Origin: Rickettsiales bacterium
GTDB lineage: Bacteria > Pseudomonadota > Alphaproteobacteria > Rickettsiales > UBA1997
Assembly (NCBI GenBank): GCA_047627215.1
Contig: JBLHTM010000003.1
Span: forward strand, 1-52,608
Length of the DNA stretch: 52,608 bases
Direction: 5' to 3'
Part shown: positions 9,345 through 19,460 of the stretch, piece after piece
How the letters are laid out: each line of letters opens with the position of its first letter
How positions within the stretch are numbered: position 1 is the first letter of the stretch
Notes under the pieces: model-generated
Database searches by the model: none
The model's input: the letters and a program-made list of their open reading frames with translations, nothing else
Told to the model about the DNA's origin: nothing
Position numbers and translations under genes: made by a program

Positions 9345-11243
9345 ATGTCATTAATTGATCAAGTCAATTTCCCCTCCGATCTAAAAAAACTCTCCTTACC
9401 CCAATTAAAACAATTAGCAGAAGAACTAAGAATCGCAACAATCGACGCTGTTTCAAAAACAGGCGGACATCTTGGCGCTGGACTTGGTGTAATTGAGCTA
9501 ACCATTGCCCTACATCATGTTTTTGACACGCCAAAAGATAAGATAATTTGGGATGTTGGACATCAATCTTACCCGCATAAAATTCTCACCGGAAGAAAAG
9601 ATCGAATGGAAACCATTCGACAACCAGAAGGTCTTAGCGGATTTGCCAAAAGAGCAGAAAGCGAGTATGATGCTTTTGGAGCGGGACACAGTTCGACCTC
9701 AGTCTCGGCCGCCCTTGGTTTTGCAGTCGCTAGAGACCTAAAAGATCAAAAAAGTGATGTTATCGCAGTTATCGGAGACGGTGCAATTTCTGCTGGAATG
9801 GCATATGAAGCACTAAATAACGCCGGGGTAATGCATAATCGTCTTATTGTTATTCTCAATGATAATGACATGTCAATAGCCCCTCCAGTTGGAGCAATGT
9901 CAAACTATCTTTCTAAGCTAGCCTCTTCCAAATCCTACTTAAAATTCCGCGGACTTTCCAAAAAAATCTTAAGAAAACTTCCTGATAATATTTCTAAATA
10001 TCCTCGAAAGTTTGAGAAAGCTATCAAAGAGTGGTGGATGGGAGGAAATATCTTTGAGGACATGGGTTTTTACTACATCGGAGCGGTTGATGGGCATAAT
10101 TTAGACATATTAGTGCCGATTCTGCAAAATATTCGTGATGATAAAAGTACCACCCCAATCCTAATTCATGCCGTAACTGAAAAAGGTCATGGTTACAACA
10201 AGATCATGAAATCAACAGACTGCCTTCACGCTGTTGCTAAATTTGATCCCAAAACCGGAATTCAAGATAAAAAACCAGCTGGAAGCCCAACCTACAGCCA
10301 AATATTTGGGCAATCCCTAACCGCAATCGCTAAAAAAGACCAAAATATTGTTGCGGTTACGGCCGCAATGCCATCTGGAACTGGTCTTGATATTTTTGCA
10401 AAAGAATTTCCACAAAAACAAGGGGAGAAATCGGCCAGATTATTTGATGTTGGGATTGCTGAGCAGCATGCCGTCACTTTTGCGGCAGGACTATCTTGTG
10501 AGGGAATTAAGCCATTTGTAGCAATTTATTCCACCTTTCTCCAAAGGGCTTACGACCAAATTGTTCACGACGTTGCTGTGCAAAAACTACCCGTCAGATT
10601 TGCAATTGATCGAGCTGGATTTGTTGGCGCAGATGGGCCAACTCACGCAGGAAGTTTTGATATTTCCTATTTGATCAATTTGCCAAATTTTGTTTTAATG
10701 GCACCAAGCAATGGCAACGAGCTTGCCAGAATGGTAAAAACAGCAGCTAATATTAATGATCGACCTTCGGCAATTCGTTATCCAAGAGGAAATAGCCAGA
10801 TAGACATTGATTTTGAAAATATTCAGCCCTTAGAAATAGGAAAAGGAGAAATAATTAAACAAGGATCAGATGTTGCAATTTTGTGCTTTGGAACCATTAA
10901 AGATAATGCTGTTAAAGCCGGAGAAATAATTCTTGAATCTCACAATATTGATATAACTATCGCTGATGCCAGATTTGCCAAGCCCTTAGATCACGAATTG
11001 ATTTTTGATTTAGCGAAAAATCATCGATTTTTGATAACTTTAGAAGAAGGAGTTGTTGGTGGGTTTGGCTCTGCTGTAATGCAATTATTATCGGAGCATA
11101 ATTACTTAGAGAAGGATAATTTCAAATTTCGCCAAATGTTTATGAAAGATGATTTTATTGAGCAAAATAACATTAACGTAATGCAAGATCAAGCCGGAAT
11201 CGGAATTCAAAATATAATAGAAATGATCCTAGAAAATAAATAA
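9345..11243 (+). CDS. dxs: 1-deoxy-D-xylulose-5-phosphate synthase
   Basis: 632 aa with [45 protein letters not shown], the ThDP motif [18 protein letters not shown]...NDN, and a transketolase-like C-terminus. Confidence 0.95.
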   Translation: MSLIDQVNFPSDLKKLSLPQLKQLAEELRIATIDAVSKTGGHLGAGLGVIELTIALHHVFDTPKDKIIWDVGHQSYPHKILTGRKDRMETIRQPEGLSGFAKRAESEYDAFGAGHSSTSVSAALGFAVARDLKDQKSDVIAVIGDGAISAGMAYEALNNAGVMHNRLIVILNDNDMSIAPPVGAMSNYLSKLASSKSYLKFRGLSKKILRKLPDNISKYPRKFEKAIKEWWMGGNIFEDMGFYYIGAVDGHNLDILVPILQNIRDDKSTTPILIHAVTEKGHGYNKIMKSTDCLHAVAKFDPKTGIQDKKPAGSPTYSQIFGQSLTAIAKKDQNIVAVTAAMPSGTGLDIFAKEFPQKQGEKSARLFDVGIAEQHAVTFAAGLSCEGIKPFVAIYSTFLQRAYDQIVHDVAVQKLPVRFAIDRAGFVGADGPTHAGSFDISYLINLPNFVLMAPSNGNELARMVKTAANINDRPSAIRYPRGNSQIDIDFENIQPLEIGKGEIIKQGSDVAILCFGTIKDNAVKAGEIILESHNIDITIADARFAKPLDHELIFDLAKNHRFLITLEEGVVGGFGSAVMQLLSEHNYLEKDNFKFRQMFMKDDFIEQNNINVMQDQAGIGIQNIIEMILENK

Positions 11244-11276
11244 ATCAATTATCTCTCTCACAATTAGTTAAAATTA

Positions 11277-14138
11277 TCAATAAGATATTTGCTCACCCCC
11301 TCCTATCTGTGAATTTTGTTCTGCACTTTCCGATTCGTCTCTAACAAAAGATTCTGGGGGGCTGTAATTCTCTCCCAACCTTTGGTTTAAATATTGCCTA
11401 ATTTGAGTTAAATTTCCCGCTTGTTTTATATTCCCAGGTTTTCCTTTAAAGCTTACTGCAATGCGCAGTGGAATCTGAGCTTTTCTGGTTCCGGAAATAA
11501 AAATTATATCAGAGATCCCTTCAATATATCCACTTTCAATATCAAAAGATCCGGAAATAACACTATTGATTCCTGCCGATCCCGCTTTGATTGAGAATTG
11601 ATTGCCCATTGATCTCTCGCTAACCATAAAAGATCCGGTAACGTTAGTCAGATTGCTAGAGCTTTCAGGTCTTTGCAAAATATTTTCCGGCGCCAAAAGT
11701 TCAAGATAGTTGATTTTTGGCCTGAACGCTTTAGTCGATAAATCGTGAATTCCAAATCCACCAACAGAGATATTGGAGCCAACAAACTCTCCTTTAATAT
11801 CCATTTTCTTAATAAACTCTGATTTACTAAAGGCGGATGAATTCAAAGTGGCTGAAATATTTGATAATCCTGAAATATTATTCAACCCCATTATATCGGA
11901 CAAAACTGCTCCAGAGTCAACTTCTATAAGTTGAACGCTTCCGTTAATTGTTTTAAGGTCTTTTAAAATCATTGACCCCTTAAACTCAATGTCCCCACCG
12001 TAAGACTCAAGTTTGAACTCTTCAAAATCAATAATCCCAGCAATATTTTTACCTTTTATTTTAATATTTCCAGAGTTCCAATCATTAATCTTTAGTCTTC
12101 TAATATCAAAATTCATCGCTCCACTAAAATCTCCAAGGTCCGTAAAATTAAAAAATCTTTTAGCAATAACAGGATCTGAATATTCTAAAATATCGGATAT
12201 GATACTAATGTCCAAAGTTGGCAATTTGGTAATATCAACATCAATAGATCCTGACAAATCAATCTTTGGGGATGAAAAATTTAAGTCGCTAACTTTAAAA
12301 TATCCTTGTCCAAATTTAATTTTTAGGCTGCTATTATCCATTTCGTTGTCACCAATGATCAACTTCTCAATATTCAGGGCAATATCTTGACTGTATTTGA
12401 TTCCATTTAGCCAAAGAACCTTCTTTAATAAAGACCCTTTTGATACATAGGAGTCTTGGTTGCTTTCCTTAAAATAATCATCAAATTTCAAATAATCCAT
12501 TCCCATATTTGCGGTGATTTTGGAAACGCCGGCTGAATCATCAATTTTTACAATTCCGGTAATCAAATTCTTGTTGTCGTTAATTTCTAAATTAAGGTTA
12601 TTAAAAATACTAAAACTCGGCAAAAGTAATAAATCTGCCTTAAAATCATATTTATTTAAAATATTCTTTTTGATGTTATTTAGATCAATTCCAATCCAAA
12701 TCATAGCTTCCTGCAAATCTTCGCCATTAATTTCAATATTTCCGTAAAAGCGTGGAATTTTATTTTTTCTATCGACAATGCCATTAAGAAGCAAAGATCC
12801 TTTTTGTGGTATATTTGCCGACAAAGGATTAAGCAAAATATTTCCCGATGAGCTAATAAAATTAAGCTTAATGTCACTCACATCGCCCCCGTAATATTGG
12901 GCAGTTTTTATTGTTATTTTAGCGTTAAAATCAAAACCATCATCAAAATTTTCATCTTCCAATCCTGAATCATTGACATCCAAAAGATAAGATGTGTTAT
13001 CGTTTTTCTGAATAAAAGTTGTCTTGGTGATGAAATCTTCAACAAGAGAATTTTCTGCTTCAGAGACGTTAGAATTTCCAGCATTTGTGGGAGACCAAAT
13101 AGAATCAATATCAATATTTTCAAAATCAATTGCGGCGTTAATTTTGGTTCTAATGTTGGAAAAATCAGCAGTAATTTTACCTGCCCCCGACATTAATTGG
13201 GAATTAACAAGAATGTCGCTAAGGTTAATTTTTCCTTCCTTGCCAACAATGTTGGTGAAAATTTGTATTGGTTTGACGGCGCTTATTTTTCGGAAAATCT
13301 GACTATCATTTGCAACAAATTTATTCAAAAATGACTTCAGATTGACAATTTCAATATCCGCCTTGCCAATGAAATTTGATCTAATCAAATCGTGAATTCT
13401 AGAATCAGAAAATTTTCCTTCTAAGGTTACATTAAAAATAGACGACTCAACTTTTAGCAACGATTCTTTATCGTTTGCAGCATTCGCAATCAGGGAAAAG
13501 TTGGCCGGCTCCTCGCCAGACATAAAATACCCTTCGGCGATCATGATTTGATTCTTTATGTCATTTTCAAAAGAAAAATTAATCTCATTAAACTCAATAG
13601 AATTTTTACCAACGGAGTTGATCTGAGAAAAGCTTCCATCAACGAAATTAAGATGCTTAATGTTTCTAAAATCAAAAATTTGATCATTGTTTCTAAAATC
13701 AAAAATCTTATTTAAAATATTATGACTTGAAGAAAAGCTAGTTAAGTTTGGCTGAAATTCTTTTTCATCCAAAGATGAGGCCCTAGTTTTGATGACGGGG
13801 TTTTGAAAAATCAAATCCATGATTTGCAATTTTTCGCCAAAAAGACTAGAAAAATTGGTTTTAATAATGATCGACTCAGAAGTTAGGTCATTGGAATAAT
13901 TTTCTCCAAAGTTGAGATTTAAAATCTCAACTTCATTGAGATAAATTTTGGGAAAAGGAAAAATCGCCACCCTAACTGGACCTTTAACTTCAAATCTAGC
14001 CTCCAATTTTTTACTAATCTTATTTTCCAGCTGTTCTTTCAAACCGTCTCCATTGATCAAAAGTGGAATAATGGATAGAAGGATGACGGATACAAAAATA
14101 ATGATGGAGGTGATTTGGATCGGTTTTTTATATTTCAT
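11277..14138 (-). CDS. AsmA-family outer-membrane biogenesis protein (large, N-terminally anchored)
   Basis: 953 aa with a single N-terminal TM helix (ITSIIIFVSVILLSIIPLLI) followed by an AsmA-like start (LKEQLENKISKKLEARFEVKGPVRVAIFPFPKIYLNEVEI). The rest is long, beta-rich and Asn/Ser/Ile-rich. Confidence 0.6.
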   Translation of the reverse strand: MKYKKPIQITSIIIFVSVILLSIIPLLINGDGLKEQLENKISKKLEARFEVKGPVRVAIFPFPKIYLNEVEILNLNFGENYSNDLTSESIIIKTNFSSLFGEKLQIMDLIFQNPVIKTRASSLDEKEFQPNLTSFSSSHNILNKIFDFRNNDQIFDFRNIKHLNFVDGSFSQINSVGKNSIEFNEINFSFENDIKNQIMIAEGYFMSGEEPANFSLIANAANDKESLLKVESSIFNVTLEGKFSDSRIHDLIRSNFIGKADIEIVNLKSFLNKFVANDSQIFRKISAVKPIQIFTNIVGKEGKINLSDILVNSQLMSGAGKITADFSNIRTKINAAIDFENIDIDSIWSPTNAGNSNVSEAENSLVEDFITKTTFIQKNDNTSYLLDVNDSGLEDENFDDGFDFNAKITIKTAQYYGGDVSDIKLNFISSSGNILLNPLSANIPQKGSLLLNGIVDRKNKIPRFYGNIEINGEDLQEAMIWIGIDLNNIKKNILNKYDFKADLLLLPSFSIFNNLNLEINDNKNLITGIVKIDDSAGVSKITANMGMDYLKFDDYFKESNQDSYVSKGSLLKKVLWLNGIKYSQDIALNIEKLIIGDNEMDNSSLKIKFGQGYFKVSDLNFSSPKIDLSGSIDVDITKLPTLDISIISDILEYSDPVIAKRFFNFTDLGDFSGAMNFDIRRLKINDWNSGNIKIKGKNIAGIIDFEEFKLESYGGDIEFKGSMILKDLKTINGSVQLIEVDSGAVLSDIMGLNNISGLSNISATLNSSAFSKSEFIKKMDIKGEFVGSNISVGGFGIHDLSTKAFRPKINYLELLAPENILQRPESSSNLTNVTGSFMVSERSMGNQFSIKAGSAGINSVISGSFDIESGYIEGISDIIFISGTRKAQIPLRIAVSFKGKPGNIKQAGNLTQIRQYLNQRLGENYSPPESFVRDESESAEQNSQIGGGEQISY

Positions 14139-14655
14139 TAAATTCTTGAATAATCAAATTAGTAAGATCAAAATTATTTGAGTTAAACGCTTCAAAAATC
14201 ATTAAAAGCAAATATAAAACAATCAGTGCTATTGCTGAATTAAAGAAATATTTCCTGCTGGGGTTCTGATTTTCTTTATAATCAAGATTTATCAGATGAT
14301 TCCTGGAATAGCCACCACCCAAAATATCTTTTAAATATTGATTAATGTCTTCATTCTCAATTTTTAAAAAAGAACAATATCCTCGCACAAATCCGGTTAA
14401 ATAAATTTTATTTGAAAGCGAATCAATATCATTTTTTTCAAGAAAGATCACATAATCTTTTTTGATCTTTAAGTGATTGCTGATCTCCTCGATGCTTACC
14501 TGCATGGACTCTCGACGATTTCTTAATTTTTCACCAATGTTTTCTCCACATGCCTTTATGGGGATTTTTTTTTCTTTTCCAGGAAAAAGATTACCAATAA
14601 ATTCTTTTGCCAAGCCAATATTAATTTTTAAAAATCGTAATTCTTTAACTAACAT
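14128..14655 (-). CDS. RodZ-like helix-turn-helix membrane protein (short form)
   Basis: 175 aa with an HTH region (IGEKLRNRRESMQVSIEEISNHLKIKKDYVIFLEKND...LTGFVRGYCSFLKI, an HTH_25/RodZ N-terminal pattern), then one TM helix (FFNSAIALIVLYLLLMIF) and only about 20 aa after it. Confidence 0.55.
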   Translation of the reverse strand: MLVKELRFLKINIGLAKEFIGNLFPGKEKKIPIKACGENIGEKLRNRRESMQVSIEEISNHLKIKKDYVIFLEKNDIDSLSNKIYLTGFVRGYCSFLKIENEDINQYLKDILGGGYSRNHLINLDYKENQNPSRKYFFNSAIALIVLYLLLMIFEAFNSNNFDLTNLIIQEFNEI

Positions 14656-15812
14656 TCCTCAACAATCTTGGTTAAATTCAAAGCCGCATCCAAATTGGCC
14701 GCCTTAAAAGCGTTTAGCGACATTTTTTGCAAAATAGCCGGGTTATCGATCAATTTCTCCAATTCGGCAGTGATTTTATTAATAGTGAAATCACACTCTT
14801 CAATAACAATCGCACCTCCGGATTTTTGTGTTTCATTGGCATTTTTCATTTGATGGTTGTCAGCTGATTTTGCAAATGGAATCAGTATCATCGGTTTTTT
14901 AGCGGCACTAAATTCCGCGATTGACGATGATCCAGATCTTGCAATAACCAAATGTGCACGAGAAAGTTCCCCCGCCATATCCTCAAAGAAATGACTGATT
15001 CGTACCGCAATTCCAAAGGATTTATATTTCTTGGAAGTCTTATTAATGTCATCAGCTCTACATTGTTGAGTTAGACTAACTTTTCCTTTGAGCTCGTCTC
15101 GCAAATTAAAAAATGCTTTAGGTAAAATATCACTAAAAATTTTTGCTCCGCCAGATCCTCCAATAATGAGAATATTAAAAGATTCGTAATTGACAGAGGA
15201 ATCATCTTTAAATTGTGAAGCGAGCAGGACATTATATCCCATATTTTCCGCCTCTTTATTTTCTCTACTCAAATCTGGTAGAATGTAATCTTTTTTGCTC
15301 AATTCAAGAATTTCATCACGAATTGGGTTGCCAACGAAAATTGTCTTTGAATAAAACTCGTCAGAAATCCCATCAGTTTTTTTATAAGACAATGCAATTT
15401 GAGTGGAAAACTTCGCCAAAATGCGATTGACCTTGCCAAGATGGGCATTCTGCTCGTGAAGAATAATATTTTTTCTCAATATAATTGCCGCCGCTAAAAT
15501 GGGAAAAGTTGCATATCCGCCAAAAGCAACAATTGTTTTTGCGCGATACCTTATCAACCAGAACAATGCTTGCAAAACTCCTAAAGAAATCTTAAATGCT
15601 GCCAAAGAAAGATGTAACGGAGATTTTTTTATTTGGGACGAGTTGATAATTTTTAATGTGTAGGAACTGTTTTGATCATGATATTTGGCGTAATTGCGAT
15701 CTCCTAAAACGACAACCCTTGATCCATTCGACGCCAATTTCTTTGCCAATTCTTGAGCTGGAAAAATATGCCCTCCAGTTCCGCCAGTTGTGATAATTAT
15801 TGTTTTTTTCAT
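14649..15812 (-). CDS. murG: UDP-N-acetylglucosamine--N-acetylmuramyl-(pentapeptide) pyrophosphoryl-undecaprenol GlcNAc transferase
   Basis: 387 aa with [18 protein letters not shown] at the N-terminus, GGSGGA, and [22 protein letters not shown] (GT28 C-terminal domain). Confidence 0.9.
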   Translation of the reverse strand: MKKTIIITTGGTGGHIFPAQELAKKLASNGSRVVVLGDRNYAKYHDQNSSYTLKIINSSQIKKSPLHLSLAAFKISLGVLQALFWLIRYRAKTIVAFGGYATFPILAAAIILRKNIILHEQNAHLGKVNRILAKFSTQIALSYKKTDGISDEFYSKTIFVGNPIRDEILELSKKDYILPDLSRENKEAENMGYNVLLASQFKDDSSVNYESFNILIIGGSGGAKIFSDILPKAFFNLRDELKGKVSLTQQCRADDINKTSKKYKSFGIAVRISHFFEDMAGELSRAHLVIARSGSSSIAEFSAAKKPMILIPFAKSADNHQMKNANETQKSGGAIVIEECDFTINKITAELEKLIDNPAILQKMSLNAFKAANLDAALNLTKIVEEC

Positions 15813-16807
15813 CTCAAATGCTCCAAAGCAATTTTAGTTAGAACTCGCCCACGTGGAGTTTTTTCAACCAGTCCTTTTTGAATCAAATATGGCTCAATAG
15901 TGTCTTCAACCGAATCTCTTTCCTCTCCAATTGCTGAGGCAATAGTGTCAATTCCAACTGGCCCTCCAGAATAATTCACTGCAATAAATCGCAAATATCG
16001 ATGATCGGAAGAATCCAAACCCTGATCATCAATTTCCAATCTTTTCAAAGCCAAATCTGCCAATTTTCTATCGACAATTTCTTGATTATAATCAACTAAA
16101 AAATCACGAACCCTTTTCAAAAGACGAATGGCAATTCTCGGTGTTCCGCGAGATCTTTTAGCAATTTCTAAAGCGGCATCTTTAGTGATTTCCACCTTCA
16201 GAATTTTTGCATCACGAATGACAATTTCTTGAAGTTCGTGAATTTCATAAAAATTCAGACGCAAAGGAATTCCAAAACGATCACGAAGCGGATTGGTCAA
16301 AAGCCCAATTCTTGTGGTTGCCGCCACAAGAGTAAACATGGGTAAATCAATCTTAATCGCCCGTGCTGCCGGCCCTTCGCCAATGATGATATCAAGCTTA
16401 TAATCCTCCATCGCTGAATATAAAACCTCTTCAACCGCAGTTGAAAGTCGATGAATTTCATCAATAAAAAAAACGTCTCCGGACTGCAGGTTGGTCAGAA
16501 TCGCTGCCAAATCTCCAGCCTTGGTGATCATTGGACCCGAAGTTCCTTTAAATCCAACCCCCATTTCATGAGCAATAATTTGCGCCAAAGTAGTTTTTCC
16601 AAGTCCAGGAGGGCCATAAAACAAAGTGTGATCCAGACTGTCACCACGGCTTTTTGCCGCATTTATAAAGACCTGCAAATTACTCTTAATTTTTACTTGC
16701 CCCAAAAAATCTTGCAAATAAAGTGGGCGCAAAACATTTTCAGATCGGTCTTCTTCCTGTAGGGTTGCTGACAAAGTTTGATGATTTTTTTGAGTTTCTT
16801 CGGTCAT
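15809..16807 (-). CDS. ruvB: Holliday junction branch migration DNA helicase RuvB
   Basis: 332 aa with [12 protein letters not shown], Walker A ([15 protein letters not shown]), Walker B (FIDEIHRL) and a RuvB winged-helix C-terminus ([17 protein letters not shown]). Confidence 0.95.
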   Translation of the reverse strand: MTEETQKNHQTLSATLQEEDRSENVLRPLYLQDFLGQVKIKSNLQVFINAAKSRGDSLDHTLFYGPPGLGKTTLAQIIAHEMGVGFKGTSGPMITKAGDLAAILTNLQSGDVFFIDEIHRLSTAVEEVLYSAMEDYKLDIIIGEGPAARAIKIDLPMFTLVAATTRIGLLTNPLRDRFGIPLRLNFYEIHELQEIVIRDAKILKVEITKDAALEIAKRSRGTPRIAIRLLKRVRDFLVDYNQEIVDRKLADLALKRLEIDDQGLDSSDHRYLRFIAVNYSGGPVGIDTIASAIGEERDSVEDTIEPYLIQKGLVEKTPRGRVLTKIALEHLR

Positions 16808-16910
16808 TATTTGAAATGTTTAGTTTAAGGGCGTCAAAAATAGATATTTTCTTCTAAATTAAAAGCCTTAAAGTCTTCGAAAATTAATCAAATCAACCAA
16901 GTCTTATCAA

Positions 16911-17849
16911 ATGACCAACCTTGCTATCGAAATCAAAAATCTCACCAAAACCTATAAAAAATCCGGAAATTCTCCAGCAAAAGAAGCCTTAAAAGGAATT
17001 AATCTGGAAATTAAAAAAGGTTCAATTTTTGGACTTCTCGGCCCCAACGGAGCTGGAAAATCAACCATTATTAATATTTTGGCCGGACTTGTGAACAAAA
17101 GCTCGGGCGATGTTAATATTGCTGGGATTGATTTAGGAAAAAATCCTAATGACGCTAAATTTAAAATTGGAATTGTCCCCCAAGAATTGGTGATTGACCC
17201 ATTTTTCAATGTTCATGAAACATTAGAAATCTACGCTGGATATTACGGAATTCGCCCAGAAAACCGAAGAACTGATGAAATTATTGAAGCTTTAGGACTG
17301 AAAGATAAATCCAAGGCAACCCCAAGAAGTCTTTCTGGAGGAATGAAAAGGCGAGTATTGGTTGCAAAAGCCTTAGTTCATGATCCAGAAGTATTAATTT
17401 TGGATGAACCAACCGCAGGAGTTGATGTTGAGCTGCGCACTTCACTTTGGAAATATGTCAAAAAACTCAATGAAAAAGGCACAACAATCGTACTAACTAC
17501 CCACTATTTGGAAGAGGCGGAAGAAATGTGTGACGAAATTGCAATTATTAATCACGGAGAAGTGATTGCTTGCGCTAAAAAAGATGATTTGATGAAAATG
17601 ATTCCTGAAAAAAAAGAACTCATCATCACCCTTCAAGAAGAAATTGACAAAATTCCCAAAAATCTTCAAGAAAAACTTTCCATCATTTTAAAAAACAAAT
17701 CCCAGCTCACGATTAACTACCAACCAAGTAAAATTAATATTTCTGAAATATTGTCCCTTTTGGAAAACAACAACCTAAAAATAGCCGACATTTCTACCCG
17801 TCAGGCGGATTTGGAAGAAGTGTTTAAATATTTAACTAATGAGAAATAA
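16911..17849 (+). CDS. ABC transporter ATP-binding protein (ABC-2/YadG-like exporter subfamily)
   Basis: 312 aa with Walker A (GPNGAGKST), the ABC signature (LSGGMKRR) and Walker B (LILDEPTAGVD). Confidence 0.85.
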   Translation: MTNLAIEIKNLTKTYKKSGNSPAKEALKGINLEIKKGSIFGLLGPNGAGKSTIINILAGLVNKSSGDVNIAGIDLGKNPNDAKFKIGIVPQELVIDPFFNVHETLEIYAGYYGIRPENRRTDEIIEALGLKDKSKATPRSLSGGMKRRVLVAKALVHDPEVLILDEPTAGVDVELRTSLWKYVKKLNEKGTTIVLTTHYLEEAEEMCDEIAIINHGEVIACAKKDDLMKMIPEKKELIITLQEEIDKIPKNLQEKLSIILKNKSQLTINYQPSKINISEILSLLENNNLKIADISTRQADLEEVFKYLTNEK

Positions 17850-17918
17850 ATGACTCTTTTTCAAAACGGACAGGTAAATCATTCACTAAGACAAACTCCT
17901 TAAAAATCCCAAATAAAT

Positions 17919-18370
17919 ATGCAACAAAGCGAATTAAAAACAATTTTAGAAAATTTAATCGCCACTTGGGAAAATGAGGTGACGGAATTTAAAGAAGTGG
18001 GTGACAATTACTTCTACTTCTGAAATTGGTAAATATTTTTCCGCTCTTTCTAATGAGGCAATTTTGCAACTAAAAAAACCTAATTTTTATGTGTCCGCTG
18101 CTATTGCGGCCGCAACAGATAATAAGGCTGAGCAAGCGTGCGCAGGACGACGCTCACTATATTCAGTTAATTACCGATTACTTGCAAAAATTTGGACAAG
18201 CATCTCGAAGTGATATTGATGGATTACTTAAAAAGTATTTAAGTGAAGCTTTAAATGAGGATCAAAAAATAAAGAAAATTTCTAATTTATTATTAAAAAT
18301 GCGCGAATCGGGGAGTATTTATAATTCTGGAATTAGATCAAAAACTGTGTGGAGATTGCACAATAAATAG
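17919..18370 (+). pseudogene. Decayed remnant of an AlbA_2 (divergent AAA/Schlafen-like) plus C-terminal wHTH transcriptional-regulator gene
   Basis: The N-terminal piece MQQSELKTILENLIATWENEVTEFKEVGDNYFYF stops at 18021-18023. The conserved continuation TSEIGKYFSALSNEAIL is in another frame (ORF 18001..18213). The C-terminal wHTH-like tail (IQLITDYLQKFGQASRSDIDGLLKKYL...MRESGSIYNSGIRSKTVWRL) is in a third frame (ORF 18089..18370). Intact members are several hundred aa long, so most of the middle has been deleted. Confidence 0.65.
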
Positions 18371-18530
18371 TTAAGAAATAGTTAAGAAATTTATATTACA
18401 ATCAATAAAATCAACTATCTGTCTTTTCTAAAATAGATAAGAAAAGATAAGGGATTTTACAACAAAACCAGCGAAACCATGGCCCTATCTTTCTTGAAGA
18501 TAGAAAAAGAAATTAATAACAATATTACAA

Positions 18531-19457
18531 ATGACAAAAAACAAGCACCTAATCTCAATCAACGATCTATCCGATTCGGATTTAGACTTTATTTTCAAAA
18601 GCTCAAAAAAGCATTTTGAGAATAATCAAAACAGGGTTTTTAAGGATATTTTAAAAGGCAAAGCCCTCATCAATTTTTTCTTTGAAAACTCTACCAGAAC
18701 CAGAACATCATTTGAAATTGCCGCTAAGAACCTTGGTGCGGATGTGGTAAATATTGATATTTCACTTTCTTCACTCAAGAAAGGCGAGACCATAATTGAC
18801 ACTGCGAAGACCATTAACGCCATGAATCCGGATTTTGTGGCGATTCGTCACAATTCTAGTGGAATTGTGGAATTGCTTAAAAACCATATTGATTCTGGAA
18901 TTATTAACGCAGGAGATGGAACAAATGAACATCCAAGTCAGGCTTTACTTGACGCATTTACAATTTTGCAACATAAGGGGAAAATAAAAGGCTTGGAAAT
19001 TGCAATTTGTGGAGACATTCTGCACTCGCGAGTTGCAAGATCGAACCTGCTTTTATTGACTCGTTTGGGAGCCAATATTCGCCTCATCATGCCACCAACT
19101 TTGCTGGTCAAAGATTTTGAGAAGTGGGTGGATAAAAAATGGGGAGTAAAGATTTATCAAAATATAAAAGATGGAATCAAAAATGCTGATGTGGTTATGA
19201 TGCTGCGCATTCAACAAGAAAGGATGTTTGGCTGCTTTATTCCTTCTCCTGAAGAATTTTATAAAATTTTTGGGCTTAATCACGACAATTTAAAACTAGC
19301 CAAAAAAGATGCCATTGTTTTGCATCCGGGGCCAATAAATCGTGATGTTGAAATTTCATCAGCTTTGGCGGACGATGAAAATATTAGCTTAATTTTAAAT
19401 CAAGTTGAAAATGGTGTGGCGGTGCGTCAGGCAATCTTAGAATTTTTAAACCAATAA
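18531..19457 (+). CDS. pyrB: Aspartate carbamoyltransferase catalytic subunit
   Basis: 308 aa with FFENSTRTRTSFEIAAKNLG, HPSQALLD, and HPGPINR. Confidence 0.9.
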   Translation: MTKNKHLISINDLSDSDLDFIFKSSKKHFENNQNRVFKDILKGKALINFFFENSTRTRTSFEIAAKNLGADVVNIDISLSSLKKGETIIDTAKTINAMNPDFVAIRHNSSGIVELLKNHIDSGIINAGDGTNEHPSQALLDAFTILQHKGKIKGLEIAICGDILHSRVARSNLLLLTRLGANIRLIMPPTLLVKDFEKWVDKKWGVKIYQNIKDGIKNADVVMMLRIQQERMFGCFIPSPEEFYKIFGLNHDNLKLAKKDAIVLHPGPINRDVEISSALADDENISLILNQVENGVAVRQAILEFLNQ

Positions 19458-19460
19458 AAT

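Noticed and set aside
18001-18370. ORFs 18001..18213 and 18089..18370 as two independent small genes.
   Set aside because: They overlap in different frames. Together with the 17919 fragment they reconstruct pieces of one AlbA_2-family regulator, so I interpret them as pseudogene fragments.
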